64,000 nucleotides of DNA from the NCBI GenBank assembly GCA_964464165.1, contig CAYXFA010000006.1, positions 16,092-80,091 of the forward strand, in the 5' to 3' direction. Every line of letters starts with the position of its first letter. The stretch's first letter is position 1. A program made the translations under genes and the position numbers. This DNA is from an uncultured Phycisphaeraceae bacterium. GTDB taxonomy: Bacteria > Planctomycetota > Phycisphaerae > Phycisphaerales > UBA1924. Shown one piece after another: positions 26,005 to 35,884 of this stretch. The notes under the pieces were generated by a model that did not search any database, was not told where the DNA came from, and worked only from the letters and a program-made list of their open reading frames with translations.

Positions 26005-27764
26005 TGAGACGGCTGACGCTGCTGCTCGCGTTGATCCTGGGGCTCGCAGGCGCCCGCGCCGCGGCCCAGACCGAATCGTCGGTGGAAGCCGAGCTCTCCC
26101 GCACCAGCGTCTACGTCGGTGACGAAGTGATCTACCAGGTGGTGGTCCGCGGCCAGCGCCCGGCCGACCGGCCGGCGGTCGAGTTCCCGCCCTCCGTCCG
26201 GGCCCAGGAGGCCGGCTCGTCGGAGAGTTCCTTCCGCTCGATGCGCATCATCAACGGCCAGCGCACCGTCGTCGTTGAGTCCAGCGTCACCTACCAGTAC
26301 CGGCTCACCGTCCTCCAGCCCGGCGTCGTCGAGATCCCCCCCGCGGAGGTGAAGCTCCAGGACGGCACCAGGCTGCGTTCCGGGCCCGCACGCTTCGACG
26401 CGTTGCTCCCGCAGCTCGCTTCCGGCTTCGAGATCTGGATGGAGCTCGACCGGCAAAGGCTGTACCTGGGCGAAACCGTCACGGCGCAGATCGTCTGGAT
26501 GATCCCCGAGAGCGTCGGGGCCAACTTCGACTTCGACACCAGCGTGTTCGATCCCTCGCTGCGGATCGTGCCGGTCGAGCCCGCCGGGACGGGCCGCCGG
26601 CTCAACGAGTTCCGTTTCCTCGGACGCCGCGCGTTCGCGACCGCCGAGACCGTGTTCGACTCGGCCGGGCGGCAGCGCATCCGTTTCGCGTTCGACGTCG
26701 AGATCACCCCGACCGAGCCCGGACGCCGCCAGATCGGCCCGATCCGCGTCGTCTTCGACCGCGCCGCGGCCCGCGACGGACGCACGCGGGCCTACACCGA
26801 GTCCGACCCGATCGCCATCGAGGTGCTCGACCTGCCCACCGAAGGCCGACCGGACGGTTTCTCGGGGCTCATCGGCTCGTACGAACTCCGCACGCTCGCC
26901 AACCCCACCACCGTCAACGTCGGCGATCCCATCACCCTCCGCGCCGAGCTCCGGGGCGAGGAGCCGATGGTCGGCGCGGACAGCCTGCCCCCGCTCGGGG
27001 GGCAGCCCGGGTTCGAGCGGTTCCGGCTCTCTTCCGAGGGCTGGCGCGAGGAACAGCCTCGCACCCGCGGGCGCCGCGTGTTCGCAACGACCATCCGGGC
27101 CCTGTCCGACGAAATCACCGAGATCCCACCCGTCCGGGTCTGGTCCTTCGACCCGCGCCGGGAGGCGTACGTCGAAGTGGCCTCCGAGCCGGTCCAGCTC
27201 GACGTGCGCGCCGTGCGGGAGGCGACCTTGGCCGACGCGGTGGTCTCGCCGGGCGCGCGGGCCGGACGCGCCGCGACGCCGGACCGCATCGGCCCGTCCG
27301 ACGCCGCCTTCTGGGCCGCCCCCACCGCCGCGGAGATCGCGGCCACCACGACATTCGACGCCCGCCGAGCACTGACCAGCCCGGCCGCCCTCGTCGCGGT
27401 CGGCTCCGGGCCGGCCGCCATCCTCGCGGCGGGCACGCTCGTGCTGGCGAGGCGTCGCCGCGAACGCCCCGGGCACGCCCTCGACCGGGCGCTGCGACAC
27501 GCCGAGCACACCGTGCTGCGGTCCGGCCCCGCCGCGGGCGTGCGGGCGGCGACGGCGGCGGTGCTCGGATGCGATCCCGGAGCCGTGACGGCCGCGGACG
27601 CCGAGCGTCTGCCCGTCCACCCCGGCCTCACCCGCACGCTGCGTGAAACCCTGCTCGCCGAGGAGATCCCGGAAGCGGCGTCGTCCGCGCCCGCCCCCGG
27701 TGACGTCCGCCTGGCGATCCGGACCCTGAAACGCGAGCTCCGCCGCCGGGAGGGCACGGCATGA
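26001..27764 (+). CDS. batD: BatD (oxygen-tolerance) family protein
   Basis: Start GTG 26001 (GTGA overlap) or ATG 26004. It has a signal peptide and the N-terminal pattern AELSRTSVYVGDEVIYQVVV. A C-terminal TM helix (AALVAVGSGPAAILAAGTLVLA) is followed by RRRRE. Confidence 0.7.
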   Translation: MMRRLTLLLALILGLAGARAAAQTESSVEAELSRTSVYVGDEVIYQVVVRGQRPADRPAVEFPPSVRAQEAGSSESSFRSMRIINGQRTVVVESSVTYQYRLTVLQPGVVEIPPAEVKLQDGTRLRSGPARFDALLPQLASGFEIWMELDRQRLYLGETVTAQIVWMIPESVGANFDFDTSVFDPSLRIVPVEPAGTGRRLNEFRFLGRRAFATAETVFDSAGRQRIRFAFDVEITPTEPGRRQIGPIRVVFDRAAARDGRTRAYTESDPIAIEVLDLPTEGRPDGFSGLIGSYELRTLANPTTVNVGDPITLRAELRGEEPMVGADSLPPLGGQPGFERFRLSSEGWREEQPRTRGRRVFATTIRALSDEITEIPPVRVWSFDPRREAYVEVASEPVQLDVRAVREATLADAVVSPGARAGRAATPDRIGPSDAAFWAAPTAAEIAATTTFDARRALTSPAALVAVGSGPAAILAAGTLVLARRRRERPGHALDRALRHAEHTVLRSGPAAGVRAATAAVLGCDPGAVTAADAERLPVHPGLTRTLRETLLAEEIPEAASSAPAPGDVRLAIRTLKRELRRREGTA

Positions 27765-28549
27765 CCCGCCTGACCCTGGCCTTCCTGCTGCTGTTGGCCT
27801 CGACGGCCGGCGTGGCCCGCGCCAACGACCGGCTGGCCTCGGGCCTCGCGTTGCTCGAAGAGGCCGCCCGGTTGCGAAGCAACGAGCCGGAACGCGCCGA
27901 GCGGCTCGCCGCGGACGCGGCGGCCCTAATCGCGGCCGAGGTCGCGCCCGACAACCCCGCGGGCCAGCGGGCGCTGGGCAACGCCTGGCTGCTGGCCGGC
28001 GACCTGGGCCGGGCCGTGCTCGCGTATCGCCGGGCCGAGGCCGCCGCGCCGCACGACCCGCTCGTCCGCGCGTCGCTCGGCCACGCCCGATCGCGGGTCG
28101 GGGCCCGTGTCAGCGATCCCGCCTCACTCAACTGGCGGTCCGCGGCCGCGGCCTGGCGGTCGGTCGTTCCCCGCCGGGTGCTGTTCTGGGCCGCCGCCGG
28201 GGCTTTCGGCCTGGCCTCGTGGGCGATCGCCCTGCGGGTGGCGGGGCTGCTGACCCCGCGCATCACCGGGCCCGCGGCCGTGCTGGGTGTGGCGGGCGCG
28301 TGCGGGCTGGGCCTGCTCGTCGCCGAGCCGCTGGTGAGCCGCGCTGGCAGCGCGGTCGTCGTGGCCGAGGCGGTCGGACGCACCGGCCCGCACGCCGAGG
28401 TTTACCCCGCCGCGCTGGACGCCCCCCTGCCGCCCGGCACAGAGGTGCGCATCCTCGAAAGCCGCGACGGGTGGGTCCGCTGCGACCTGGGCGGCCTGAT
28501 GGCCTGGCTGCCCGCCGAGCGCGTCGAGCCGGTCCGCCCGCCGGCCTGA
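27761..28549 (+). CDS. batE: BatE-like TPR + SH3b protein
   Basis: ATGA overlap with the upstream stop. It has a signal peptide, TPR-like repeats, two TM helices and a C-terminal SH3-like segment (EVRILESRDGWVRCDLGGLMAWLPAERVE). Confidence 0.65.
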   Translation: MTRLTLAFLLLLASTAGVARANDRLASGLALLEEAARLRSNEPERAERLAADAAALIAAEVAPDNPAGQRALGNAWLLAGDLGRAVLAYRRAEAAAPHDPLVRASLGHARSRVGARVSDPASLNWRSAAAAWRSVVPRRVLFWAAAGAFGLASWAIALRVAGLLTPRITGPAAVLGVAGACGLGLLVAEPLVSRAGSAVVVAEAVGRTGPHAEVYPAALDAPLPPGTEVRILESRDGWVRCDLGGLMAWLPAERVEPVRPPA

Positions 28550-28553
28550 GGTG

Positions 28554-30218
28554 TCAGCCGCCGGGCGCGGGGTAGTAGGTCGGCGCCCCCGGCCCCACCG
28601 GCCAGCCCAGCACGAACACCCAGAGGTAGAAAAACGCGGTCCAGCCGACCGTGAAGAAGATGCAGTACGGCAGCATGGTGCTCATCAGCGTTCCGATGCC
28701 GAGTTTGCGGTCGTACCTGGCCGCGAACGCCAGGATCAGGCCGAAGTAGCTCATCATGGGCGTGATGATGTTTGTGCAGCTGTCCCCGATGCGGTACGCC
28801 GCCTGGATCACCTCGGGGCTGTAGCCGACGCTCATCAGCATCGGGACGAAGATGGGGGCCGTCACCGCCCACTGGGCGCTCGCGCTGCCCAGCATCAGGT
28901 TCACGATGCAGCACATCAGGATGAACGGAAGGAAGACGAGCGGGTTGTCCAGCCCCATGGCCCGCAGGGCGTCCGCGCCCCAGACGGCCACGATCATGCC
29001 CAGGTTCGACTTGCCGAAGTAGGCCACGAACTGGGCCGCGAAGAACACCAGCACGATGTACAGGCCCATCGTGCTCATCGTCGCCGCCATCGCGTCGATC
29101 ACGTCCCGGTCGGTCCGCATCGTGCCGGTCACCCGCCCGTACACGAACCCCGGCACGAGGAAGAACACGAGGATCATCGCCACGACGCCACGCAGCAGGG
29201 GCGACGGCAGCAGGCCGCCGGTCTTCGGGTTCCGCAGCAGCCCCCAGCCGGTCCATTCCGCCACCGCCGTCCCGCCCAGCACGTCCGGGAAGGGCCCGGC
29301 CAGCCAGACGATCCCGATCGTCACGATCCCGGCCGCGACGCCCGCCGCCAGCAGGGCCCGTTTCTCTGTCGCGGTGAGCCCTTCCAACTTGGGAACCCGG
29401 TCCACGCTCTCGTCCGCGTCCGCCGGGTCGTACGGGCCCAAGCGTGGTTCGACGATGCGCACCGTCACCCAGCTTCCCAACGCGGTGATCAGGAAGGTGC
29501 TCCCGGCCATGAAGTACCAGTTGACCGCCGGGTGGACCACGTACTCCGGGTCCAGAAAGCGGGCGGCCTCTTCGGTGATGCCCGCCAGCAGGGGGTCGAC
29601 CGTGCCGATCAGCAGGTTGGCGCTGTACCCGCCCGACACGCCCGCGAACGCCGCGGCGAGCCCGGCCAGCGGGTGCCTGCCCATCGCGTGGAAGATCACC
29701 GCCGCCAGCGGGATCAGCACCACGTAGCCCATCTCGGCCGCGGTGTTGCTCAACACCCCCGCGAGGACCACCATGACGGTCACGAGCTGCTTCGGGGCGG
29801 CCAGAACCATCCCGCGGATCGCCGCGGACAGCAGCCCCGAACGCTCCGCCACCCCAACCCCGAGCAGGGCCACCAGCACGGTCCCGAGGGGCACGAAGCC
29901 GGTGAAGTTGGTCACCAGCGACTCGACCATCCAGCGGAAGCCGTCCGCCGACATCAGGCTGAACACCTCGATCCGGCCCGATTCGGCCCGCCCGGCCGCC
30001 CCCGGCGGTCGCGGGTCGGCCACCGACACCCCCAGCGCCCGTGCTACGCCCGACAGCACGACCACCCCCGCCGCGAACAGGGCGAAGAGCGTCACCGGGT
30101 GCGGCAGGAGGTTGCCCAGCCATTCCACCACCCCGAGGAACCGGGCGAACCAGCCGCTCTTGGGACGGTCGGGCGGGGCGGCAACGGGCTTCTCCGGAAC
30201 GGGGGGCTGCTCGGGCAT
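28554..30218 (-). CDS. AbgT family transporter (p-aminobenzoyl-glutamate/antimetabolite transporter family)
   Basis: Internal ATG at 30218 gives MPEQPPVPEKPV...FARFLGVVEWLGNLLPHPVTLFALF, a typical AbgT N-terminus. It is polytopic. The stop lies 4 nt from the batE stop (convergent). Confidence 0.85.
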   Translation of the reverse strand: MPEQPPVPEKPVAAPPDRPKSGWFARFLGVVEWLGNLLPHPVTLFALFAAGVVVLSGVARALGVSVADPRPPGAAGRAESGRIEVFSLMSADGFRWMVESLVTNFTGFVPLGTVLVALLGVGVAERSGLLSAAIRGMVLAAPKQLVTVMVVLAGVLSNTAAEMGYVVLIPLAAVIFHAMGRHPLAGLAAAFAGVSGGYSANLLIGTVDPLLAGITEEAARFLDPEYVVHPAVNWYFMAGSTFLITALGSWVTVRIVEPRLGPYDPADADESVDRVPKLEGLTATEKRALLAAGVAAGIVTIGIVWLAGPFPDVLGGTAVAEWTGWGLLRNPKTGGLLPSPLLRGVVAMILVFFLVPGFVYGRVTGTMRTDRDVIDAMAATMSTMGLYIVLVFFAAQFVAYFGKSNLGMIVAVWGADALRAMGLDNPLVFLPFILMCCIVNLMLGSASAQWAVTAPIFVPMLMSVGYSPEVIQAAYRIGDSCTNIITPMMSYFGLILAFAARYDRKLGIGTLMSTMLPYCIFFTVGWTAFFYLWVFVLGWPVGPGAPTYYPAPGG

Positions 30219-30477
30219 GCGGACAGAATACCGGCGGCCAGGACGGGGCGGCGCCGCGGCGGGTCGATGCGTGGGCGACCCGCCCCGTGCCGCCCCGGCC
30301 CGGGGCCGGCAACCTCCCACCCGACGGGGCGTCCGATGACGAGCGACGAAACCGCCCCCCGCTCTCGACGCAATCCCGAAAATTTGTGGCCGCTCCGGCG
30401 CCCGGGCCGCGTCCCCGCCCGCTCGACGCCCGGCCGCGATCGGGATAGACTTGCCGGCATGCGTCCCGACGCGGCAC

Positions 30478-30549
30478 GCGGGTGTAGTTCAGTGGTAGAA
30501 CGTCAGCTTCCCAAGCTGAATGTCGTCGGTTCGATCCCGATCACCCGCT
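30478..30549 (+). tRNA. tRNA-Gly (anticodon CCC)
   Basis: Sequence GCGGGTGTAGTTCAGTGGTAGAACGTCAGCTTCCCAAGCTGAATGTCGTCGGTTCGATCCCGATCACCCGCT. Acceptor GCGGGTG/CACCCGC, anticodon loop TT-CCC-AA. Confidence 0.9.
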
Positions 30550-30696
30550 TTCACAAGGCCTGAGATTGCAAGGGCTTCAAAGCCCGCTGGCCGGGGCCGT
30601 AACGCGTTCACCACCGCGGCTGCCGGCGTCTCCCTCACACCGCATCGTCGTTCACTGTCGACCCTAGCCCGGTCTGGCCGACGCCGCCCACCGCGT

Positions 30697-32376
30697 TCAG
30701 TCCGGCCCGTCGACCGGCGCCTCGCCCGCCGGGGTCACGCCCTGGATCGGCTCGATCGGGAGGTCGTCCGTGCTCGGGGCTTCCGGGGCTCGCAGGCGCA
30801 GGGCGGCGACGGTCGCCTGACGGCTGTAATCGATCGATTCGCCGAGGATGCGCACGGCTTCCTGGTCGGCGTGGAAGCCCTTGGAGTTCTCGCTGGAGAT
30901 GTAGTCCAGACGCCACATTGCCTTCCGCTGCAGGGCGTAGACCGGGGCGAGCTGCTCCTCCGTCGCGCCCGCGGCCTTGGCCTCGAGGATGGCGTCGAGC
31001 ATCTCGGTCATCGCCGCCGCCGCCCGCTCCATGTGGGCGACGGTGCGTGACTGGATCGTCTCGACCTTCTCGCGCAGCGTGCGCTCGTCGTCCTTGTGGC
31101 ACTGCTGGCAGGCGTTGTTGACGTTCTCCATCGGGCTCTGCACGTTGTGGCTGGAGACCTTCATCGCCCCGTCGCGCTGGTAGGGCATGTGGCAATCCGC
31201 GCAGCTCACCCCGCTGCGGGCGTGGATGCCCTGGCTCCACAGCTCGAACTCGGGGTGCTGGACCTTGAACACGGACGCCCCGGTCTCGCCGTGCTTGTAG
31301 TCGTAGAACGGCGTGCCGTCCGGGAAAACCTTGGCCTCCCAGTGGGCCTCGGCGTCCTCCATCCTGAGGCCGTGGGCCCAGGGGAACTCCAGCGTGTCCA
31401 TGCTCGCGCAGTAGTATTCGACGTGGCATTGGCCGCAGACGAACGAGCGCATCTCCTGCCGGGTGGCGTGCCGGTTGGGGTCGTAGGGCTCCTTGCGCCC
31501 GCCGCGGCGCCATTTTTCGATGCTGGGCAGGTGCGGCGTGGGGGCTTCGCTCTCGGCCAGCGCGGCGATGCCCAGCACGAAGCCGGGCCGGGTGACACGG
31601 ACGGCCATGGTCTTCGGGTCGTGGCAGTCGATGCACGACACGGGGTGGGCCTCGCCCATCATCGCGGGGTGGTCCTCGGGCACCGGCCGGCCCGCGAACT
31701 CGCCGGTGAAGCCGCCGAGGGGCGGTTGAGGCACCACGGGCTGGTTCTCGCCGGGCGTGCCGTCGGGCGACGACATGACCAGGGCCAGCACCTCGTCGTA
31801 GGGCAGCCGGCTGACCTCGCGGAACCCGCGGATCACCGCCTCCATGTTGAAGTCCGCCGCGAGGGCCTCGTCGTCGTGGGGCAGGCCCATCGCCTTCAGG
31901 CCCTCACGCCGGTACATCACGGTGTTGGAGGCGTGGCAGTGGATGCAGGCGCCCGCCTGGGGCTTCTTGGTGACGCGCTCGGTCACGCCCTGGTCGTAGA
32001 GCATGTAGGCGTGGCCGCGGGCCTCGCGGTAGTCGATGCTGAAGGCGTAGCCGGCGTAGAGCCGCCTGAGCCAGGGCTGCTTGTCGAGCTTGCTGGCTGG
32101 CATGGCGCTGCTGCCGCCGTAGAACTCGTCCCCCGCCGTCGCCTTCCACCCGTCGAACTGGTGCGGCCAGTTGCGCCCCCACGGCTCGGGGTCCGTGCTG
32201 ATCTCGGTCACCTCGGCGACCCGGACGAACGGCTGCCGGGCGGCCTGCTTGTGCCCGAACATCGTGATGAGCACCCAGGTGACCAGCAGCGTGCCGACCA
32301 CCGAGACGATGAAGACGAGCACGAGCAGCATCGCACGCCCCGGCCGCTGTTTCCCCGTCGCATTGCTGGTGGTCAT
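30697..32376 (-). CDS. nrfA: pentaheme cytochrome c nitrite reductase NrfA (all five sites CXXCH)
   Basis: Heme motifs CIHCH, CIDCH, CGQCH, CADCH and CQQCH. NrfA active-site context: REARGHAYM, CGQCHVEYY, KVQHPEFELW. N-terminal hydrophobic anchor. GAGGTGAGG lies before the ATG. Confidence 0.85.
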   Translation of the reverse strand: MTTSNATGKQRPGRAMLLVLVFIVSVVGTLLVTWVLITMFGHKQAARQPFVRVAEVTEISTDPEPWGRNWPHQFDGWKATAGDEFYGGSSAMPASKLDKQPWLRRLYAGYAFSIDYREARGHAYMLYDQGVTERVTKKPQAGACIHCHASNTVMYRREGLKAMGLPHDDEALAADFNMEAVIRGFREVSRLPYDEVLALVMSSPDGTPGENQPVVPQPPLGGFTGEFAGRPVPEDHPAMMGEAHPVSCIDCHDPKTMAVRVTRPGFVLGIAALAESEAPTPHLPSIEKWRRGGRKEPYDPNRHATRQEMRSFVCGQCHVEYYCASMDTLEFPWAHGLRMEDAEAHWEAKVFPDGTPFYDYKHGETGASVFKVQHPEFELWSQGIHARSGVSCADCHMPYQRDGAMKVSSHNVQSPMENVNNACQQCHKDDERTLREKVETIQSRTVAHMERAAAAMTEMLDAILEAKAAGATEEQLAPVYALQRKAMWRLDYISSENSKGFHADQEAVRILGESIDYSRQATVAALRLRAPEAPSTDDLPIEPIQGVTPAGEAPVDGPD

Positions 32377-32412
32377 GGCCTCACCTCATCATGGGGCTCG
32401 CCGCCCCGTGCG

Positions 32413-32943
32413 TCAGTCCCGCTCCGAATGCCCCGACTCACGCCCGGCGTGCCCCACGTCCCCGTGGCAGTGCACGCAGAGCAGCATCTCGCCGCCCGGC
32501 TCGGCGGGCAGCATGTGGTCCACGAAATCCGCGTGGCAGTACAGGCACGCGTTCTGCGTGACCCGCCGGTTGCGCGCCTTGATCTGGATGGGCTCGTGAA
32601 AATCGCCGGTCGTGAACGCCAGCGAGTGGAAGAACCCGTTGTCGCCCTTGGTGATCCACTTGCCCGCGAAGTCGTGCGGCAGGTGGCAGTCGTTGCACGT
32701 CGCGACGCTGTGGTGGCTCGACTTCACCCACGCGTCGTAGTGCCCCTGCATGACGTGGCAGTTCGCGCACGACGCCGGGTCGTTCTTCAGGTAAGCCGCC
32801 CCGTCGCCGTAACCGAAGGTGAACGCCCCGAGCCCCCCCAACACCCCGAGCGTCCCGGCGCAGGCGACCGACAGCGCCGTCAACCCCCGCATCCTGCCGG
32901 GCGTTCCGGAACGCACGTCGGGTTGGACAGCGGGCTGCCCCAC
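32413..32943 (-). CDS. nrfH: tetraheme NapC/NirT-family quinol dehydrogenase NrfH
   Basis: Heme motifs CANCH, CNDCH, CLYCH and CVHCH, with one N-terminal TM helix. AAGGAG lies 6 nt upstream of GTG 32943. Confidence 0.85.
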   Translation of the reverse strand: MGQPAVQPDVRSGTPGRMRGLTALSVACAGTLGVLGGLGAFTFGYGDGAAYLKNDPASCANCHVMQGHYDAWVKSSHHSVATCNDCHLPHDFAGKWITKGDNGFFHSLAFTTGDFHEPIQIKARNRRVTQNACLYCHADFVDHMLPAEPGGEMLLCVHCHGDVGHAGRESGHSERD

Positions 32944-32992
32944 ACCGGTCTCCTTGGTCGGAGCATGGTAGCCGAACGCGGCGGCCGGCGGG

Positions 32993-35875
32993 TTAAACCG
33001 GCCCGGGGCGGGACGGCGCCCGGGCGGGGGCCAGGGCGAGGGCCATGAGCAGCACCTGGGACCCCACGAAAACCGCCAGCCACAGCGAGGCTGAATCCAT
33101 GAACCCGTAGGCGTGGAGCCCGACCCCGAGCATGTTGGTCCCGAACCAGCTCCAGGCGGTGACGACGTTGCCGCCCACGGCGAGCGCCGCGATCCCCCGG
33201 GCCCGGACCATGCCCCCCCAGCGGGCGTGGAGGATCACGGCATTGATGAGCACGACCAGGGCCGCCCCGTTCTCCTTGGGATCCCAACCCCAGAACCGGC
33301 CCCAGGACTGGTCGGCCCAGATCCCACCGAGGACGGTCCCGACGAAGCTGAGCAGCATCGCGAAGCACACCACCCCGTAGACCATCCGGATCATCGCACG
33401 CTCGTGCTCCGGCGTGACCGCGCGGGTGAAGGCCCGGCCGAGCAGGTACACCCCCGCGATGGTCCCGGCCAGGAACGTCGCCGAATACCCCAGCGTGATG
33501 GCGACGACGTGGGTCGCCAGCCAGAAGTTGCTGTCGAGCACGGCCTGCATCATCTGCATCGTGTCGCCGTCGTTGCCGAGATTGTGCGCGATGATGAGCG
33601 TCCCCGCCCCGATCACCGCCGACCCAAGGGCCGCAACGCCCAGCGGGTAGAGCCGCTCCATGAACAGCCCCGCCAGCACCGCCGCCCAGCCCACGAACAC
33701 CGCGGACGAGTACAGGTTCGTCACCGGCGGCCGGTCCTGCAGGTACACGCGCAGGCCGATCGCCGCCGTGTGCACGAGCAGCGCCGCGGCGATCAACGCG
33801 AAAGATCCCACGCGGAGCCGCTCGGCCCACGCCCCGCCGGGCCCCGCCCGCGACCGGAGCAGGAACGAGACGCACACCCCGACGAAGGCGAGGGCGTACA
33901 CGGCGGTCGCCCCGCTGAACAGGGACGCCCGGTTGAACAGGACCTCCAATCGCATCCGCCGCATCACGCCGGGCATCGACTCTTCGAGCAGCCCCGTGTA
34001 CGACCGAACGGCCGCGTTGAACCCCGCCGCGTCGTTCTCGCTCGCGGCGGTCATCATGGCCGCCAGATACGCCACGCTCGGGTGCGGCGTGGGCGACTCC
34101 AGGTCGTCGAGATACGCCTCGTGGAAGGGCCGCCATGCGCCGTCCGGCGACAGCGGCGGCACGGCGTAGGGTTCACGCATCTGGGCGTGCGCGAGCACCG
34201 TGTTCACGCGGTCGTGCAGCTGCAGGACGGCCCGCTGGAACCCGTCCCGCTCCCGCGGCTCGACCCCCGCCGCACGCCGAGCCTGGTCGGCGATCAGCCC
34301 CCATTTCGGCTCGATCGCGGACAGGGCGATCCGCCCCCCTTCCGTGGGACCCAGCCCCAGCAACGCGAGCAGGTCCGGGTGGTCCACCCGCACGGCCGGC
34401 AGGCCCGCGATCCGTCCGGGGTCCGCGACCAGATCCAGCAGGTAGCGTGCGGCGGTGGTCTCCCCGTCCTCCGTCCGCACCCGCTGACGTCCGCCGGCGA
34501 CCATCAGCATCGAGCGGGCCGCCGTGTCCAGCGGCTTGATCCGCCCCCCGGCGGAAACCGGCAGCGTGGCGAAGGCCCGCATGTCCAGCTCGTCGGGCGG
34601 CTCGGGCCGGAAAAGGGCGCTGCACGCGATGACCACGCCGCAGAGCCCGACCGCACACGGCCACACGCGCGGACTCCCCGCGGGCGCCGTGCCCTCCAGC
34701 CCCACCCGCACGGGCCCGTGCCGCGTGCGCCGGCGGAGGAACCCGACCAGTGTCTGGCCGAAGTGCCACACCATCCCCCCGCCCACGAGCACGCAGGCGA
34801 CGTACGGCATCAACCAGCCCGGGTTGCGCACGACCTGCAAGACCGTCCCGGTGCCGTCCGGCTTGTACGACGCCTGATAGAAGGTCAGCCCGGCGTATCG
34901 CAGCGGGTTGTTCATCCAGATCCGCACCTCGCGGTCGGTCCCACGGGCCGGGTCCACGATCCGGACGTCGCTCGAAAAGTTCCGCGGGATGCTCGTGCCG
35001 GTGAACGTGTCGTGGCGGAAGTCATTCAGATGGATCGTGAAGGGCAGGTAGGTTCGACGGTACCGCAAGGCGATGCCGTAGGCGGCCTCCCCGACCTCGA
35101 CCCGCTGCGGGCCGGGCAGGGCCGCGGAGACCATCCAGACGCCGAGGGTATCGCCCTCGCGCATCAGCGTGATGTAGGCCGCGGGTGTATCGGTCTGGGC
35201 GCCATCGACGCCGGTTGCCCGGGGCCGCGGCTCGGCGCGGGCCTCCAGGCCGACGCCGGCGGTCGCCCGTGTATCGCCGTGGGCGTGGAACAGGGCGGCG
35301 TGGGGGAACCAGGCGTCCACGCGCACGGCGAAGGGCAGCCTCGGGTCCGTGACCGGCTCGCCCGACGCCGCGGCCTCCGCCAGCATCCACCCCGGGACCG
35401 TCACCACGCGGTCACGCTCCGGATCGCTCGGGTCGATCACGGCGAGCTCGGCCGCGCGGACGTCCTCAACGAACGAGCTGGCCGCCCCCTCGTCGATCGC
35501 CATGAGGCCCTCGTCGGCCATGAAGCCCGTCACGAACTCGCCCGCCAGCAGCACCACAAGCCCGGCGTGCAGCGCCAAGACCCCAGCCCGCCTGCGCGTC
35601 GCCTTGAACCGCACCGCGTGGGCCGCGAGGAGGTTGACGACTATCGCCGCCGCGATCGACAGGCCCCCGGGGATCGGGATGCGAACGGCGATGTCTCTCG
35701 GCGCGAACAACCCCGGGTCGACCAGCGCGACCCAGGACCGGAAGTACGCGTCCACCGCCTGCCAGACGCCCAGCCGGGTCTGCGCGATCGTGCCGACGAA
35801 GATCAACGCCATCGCGAGCGCGAGCAGCGCCACCGTGAGTTTCAAGGACGCGAGCAGTCCGAGGAGGCGGCGCAT
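32993..35875 (-). CDS. ccsBA: fused system II cytochrome c biogenesis protein CcsBA (ResB/Ccs1 + CcsA), NrfI-like
   Basis: The N-terminus is ResB-like (MRRLLGLLASLKLTVALLALAMALIFVGTIAQ). The C-terminal CcsA part carries the WWD motif WGRFWGWDPKENGA and conserved His residues. 960 aa. Confidence 0.8.
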   Translation of the reverse strand: MRRLLGLLASLKLTVALLALAMALIFVGTIAQTRLGVWQAVDAYFRSWVALVDPGLFAPRDIAVRIPIPGGLSIAAAIVVNLLAAHAVRFKATRRRAGVLALHAGLVVLLAGEFVTGFMADEGLMAIDEGAASSFVEDVRAAELAVIDPSDPERDRVVTVPGWMLAEAAASGEPVTDPRLPFAVRVDAWFPHAALFHAHGDTRATAGVGLEARAEPRPRATGVDGAQTDTPAAYITLMREGDTLGVWMVSAALPGPQRVEVGEAAYGIALRYRRTYLPFTIHLNDFRHDTFTGTSIPRNFSSDVRIVDPARGTDREVRIWMNNPLRYAGLTFYQASYKPDGTGTVLQVVRNPGWLMPYVACVLVGGGMVWHFGQTLVGFLRRRTRHGPVRVGLEGTAPAGSPRVWPCAVGLCGVVIACSALFRPEPPDELDMRAFATLPVSAGGRIKPLDTAARSMLMVAGGRQRVRTEDGETTAARYLLDLVADPGRIAGLPAVRVDHPDLLALLGLGPTEGGRIALSAIEPKWGLIADQARRAAGVEPRERDGFQRAVLQLHDRVNTVLAHAQMREPYAVPPLSPDGAWRPFHEAYLDDLESPTPHPSVAYLAAMMTAASENDAAGFNAAVRSYTGLLEESMPGVMRRMRLEVLFNRASLFSGATAVYALAFVGVCVSFLLRSRAGPGGAWAERLRVGSFALIAAALLVHTAAIGLRVYLQDRPPVTNLYSSAVFVGWAAVLAGLFMERLYPLGVAALGSAVIGAGTLIIAHNLGNDGDTMQMMQAVLDSNFWLATHVVAITLGYSATFLAGTIAGVYLLGRAFTRAVTPEHERAMIRMVYGVVCFAMLLSFVGTVLGGIWADQSWGRFWGWDPKENGAALVVLINAVILHARWGGMVRARGIAALAVGGNVVTAWSWFGTNMLGVGLHAYGFMDSASLWLAVFVGSQVLLMALALAPARAPSRPGPV

Positions 35876-35884
35876 CGCGGGCGC

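Noticed and set aside
30219-30477. 259-nt leader between tRNA-Gly and the abgT start as a possible folate/ZTP-type riboswitch
   Set aside because: I read the minus-strand leader and found neither the ZTP core (…CCGCCUGGGC…) nor other riboswitch cores I know. The ORF in it (30092..30460) is low-complexity. It may simply be promoter plus UTR. A covariance-model scan would settle it.
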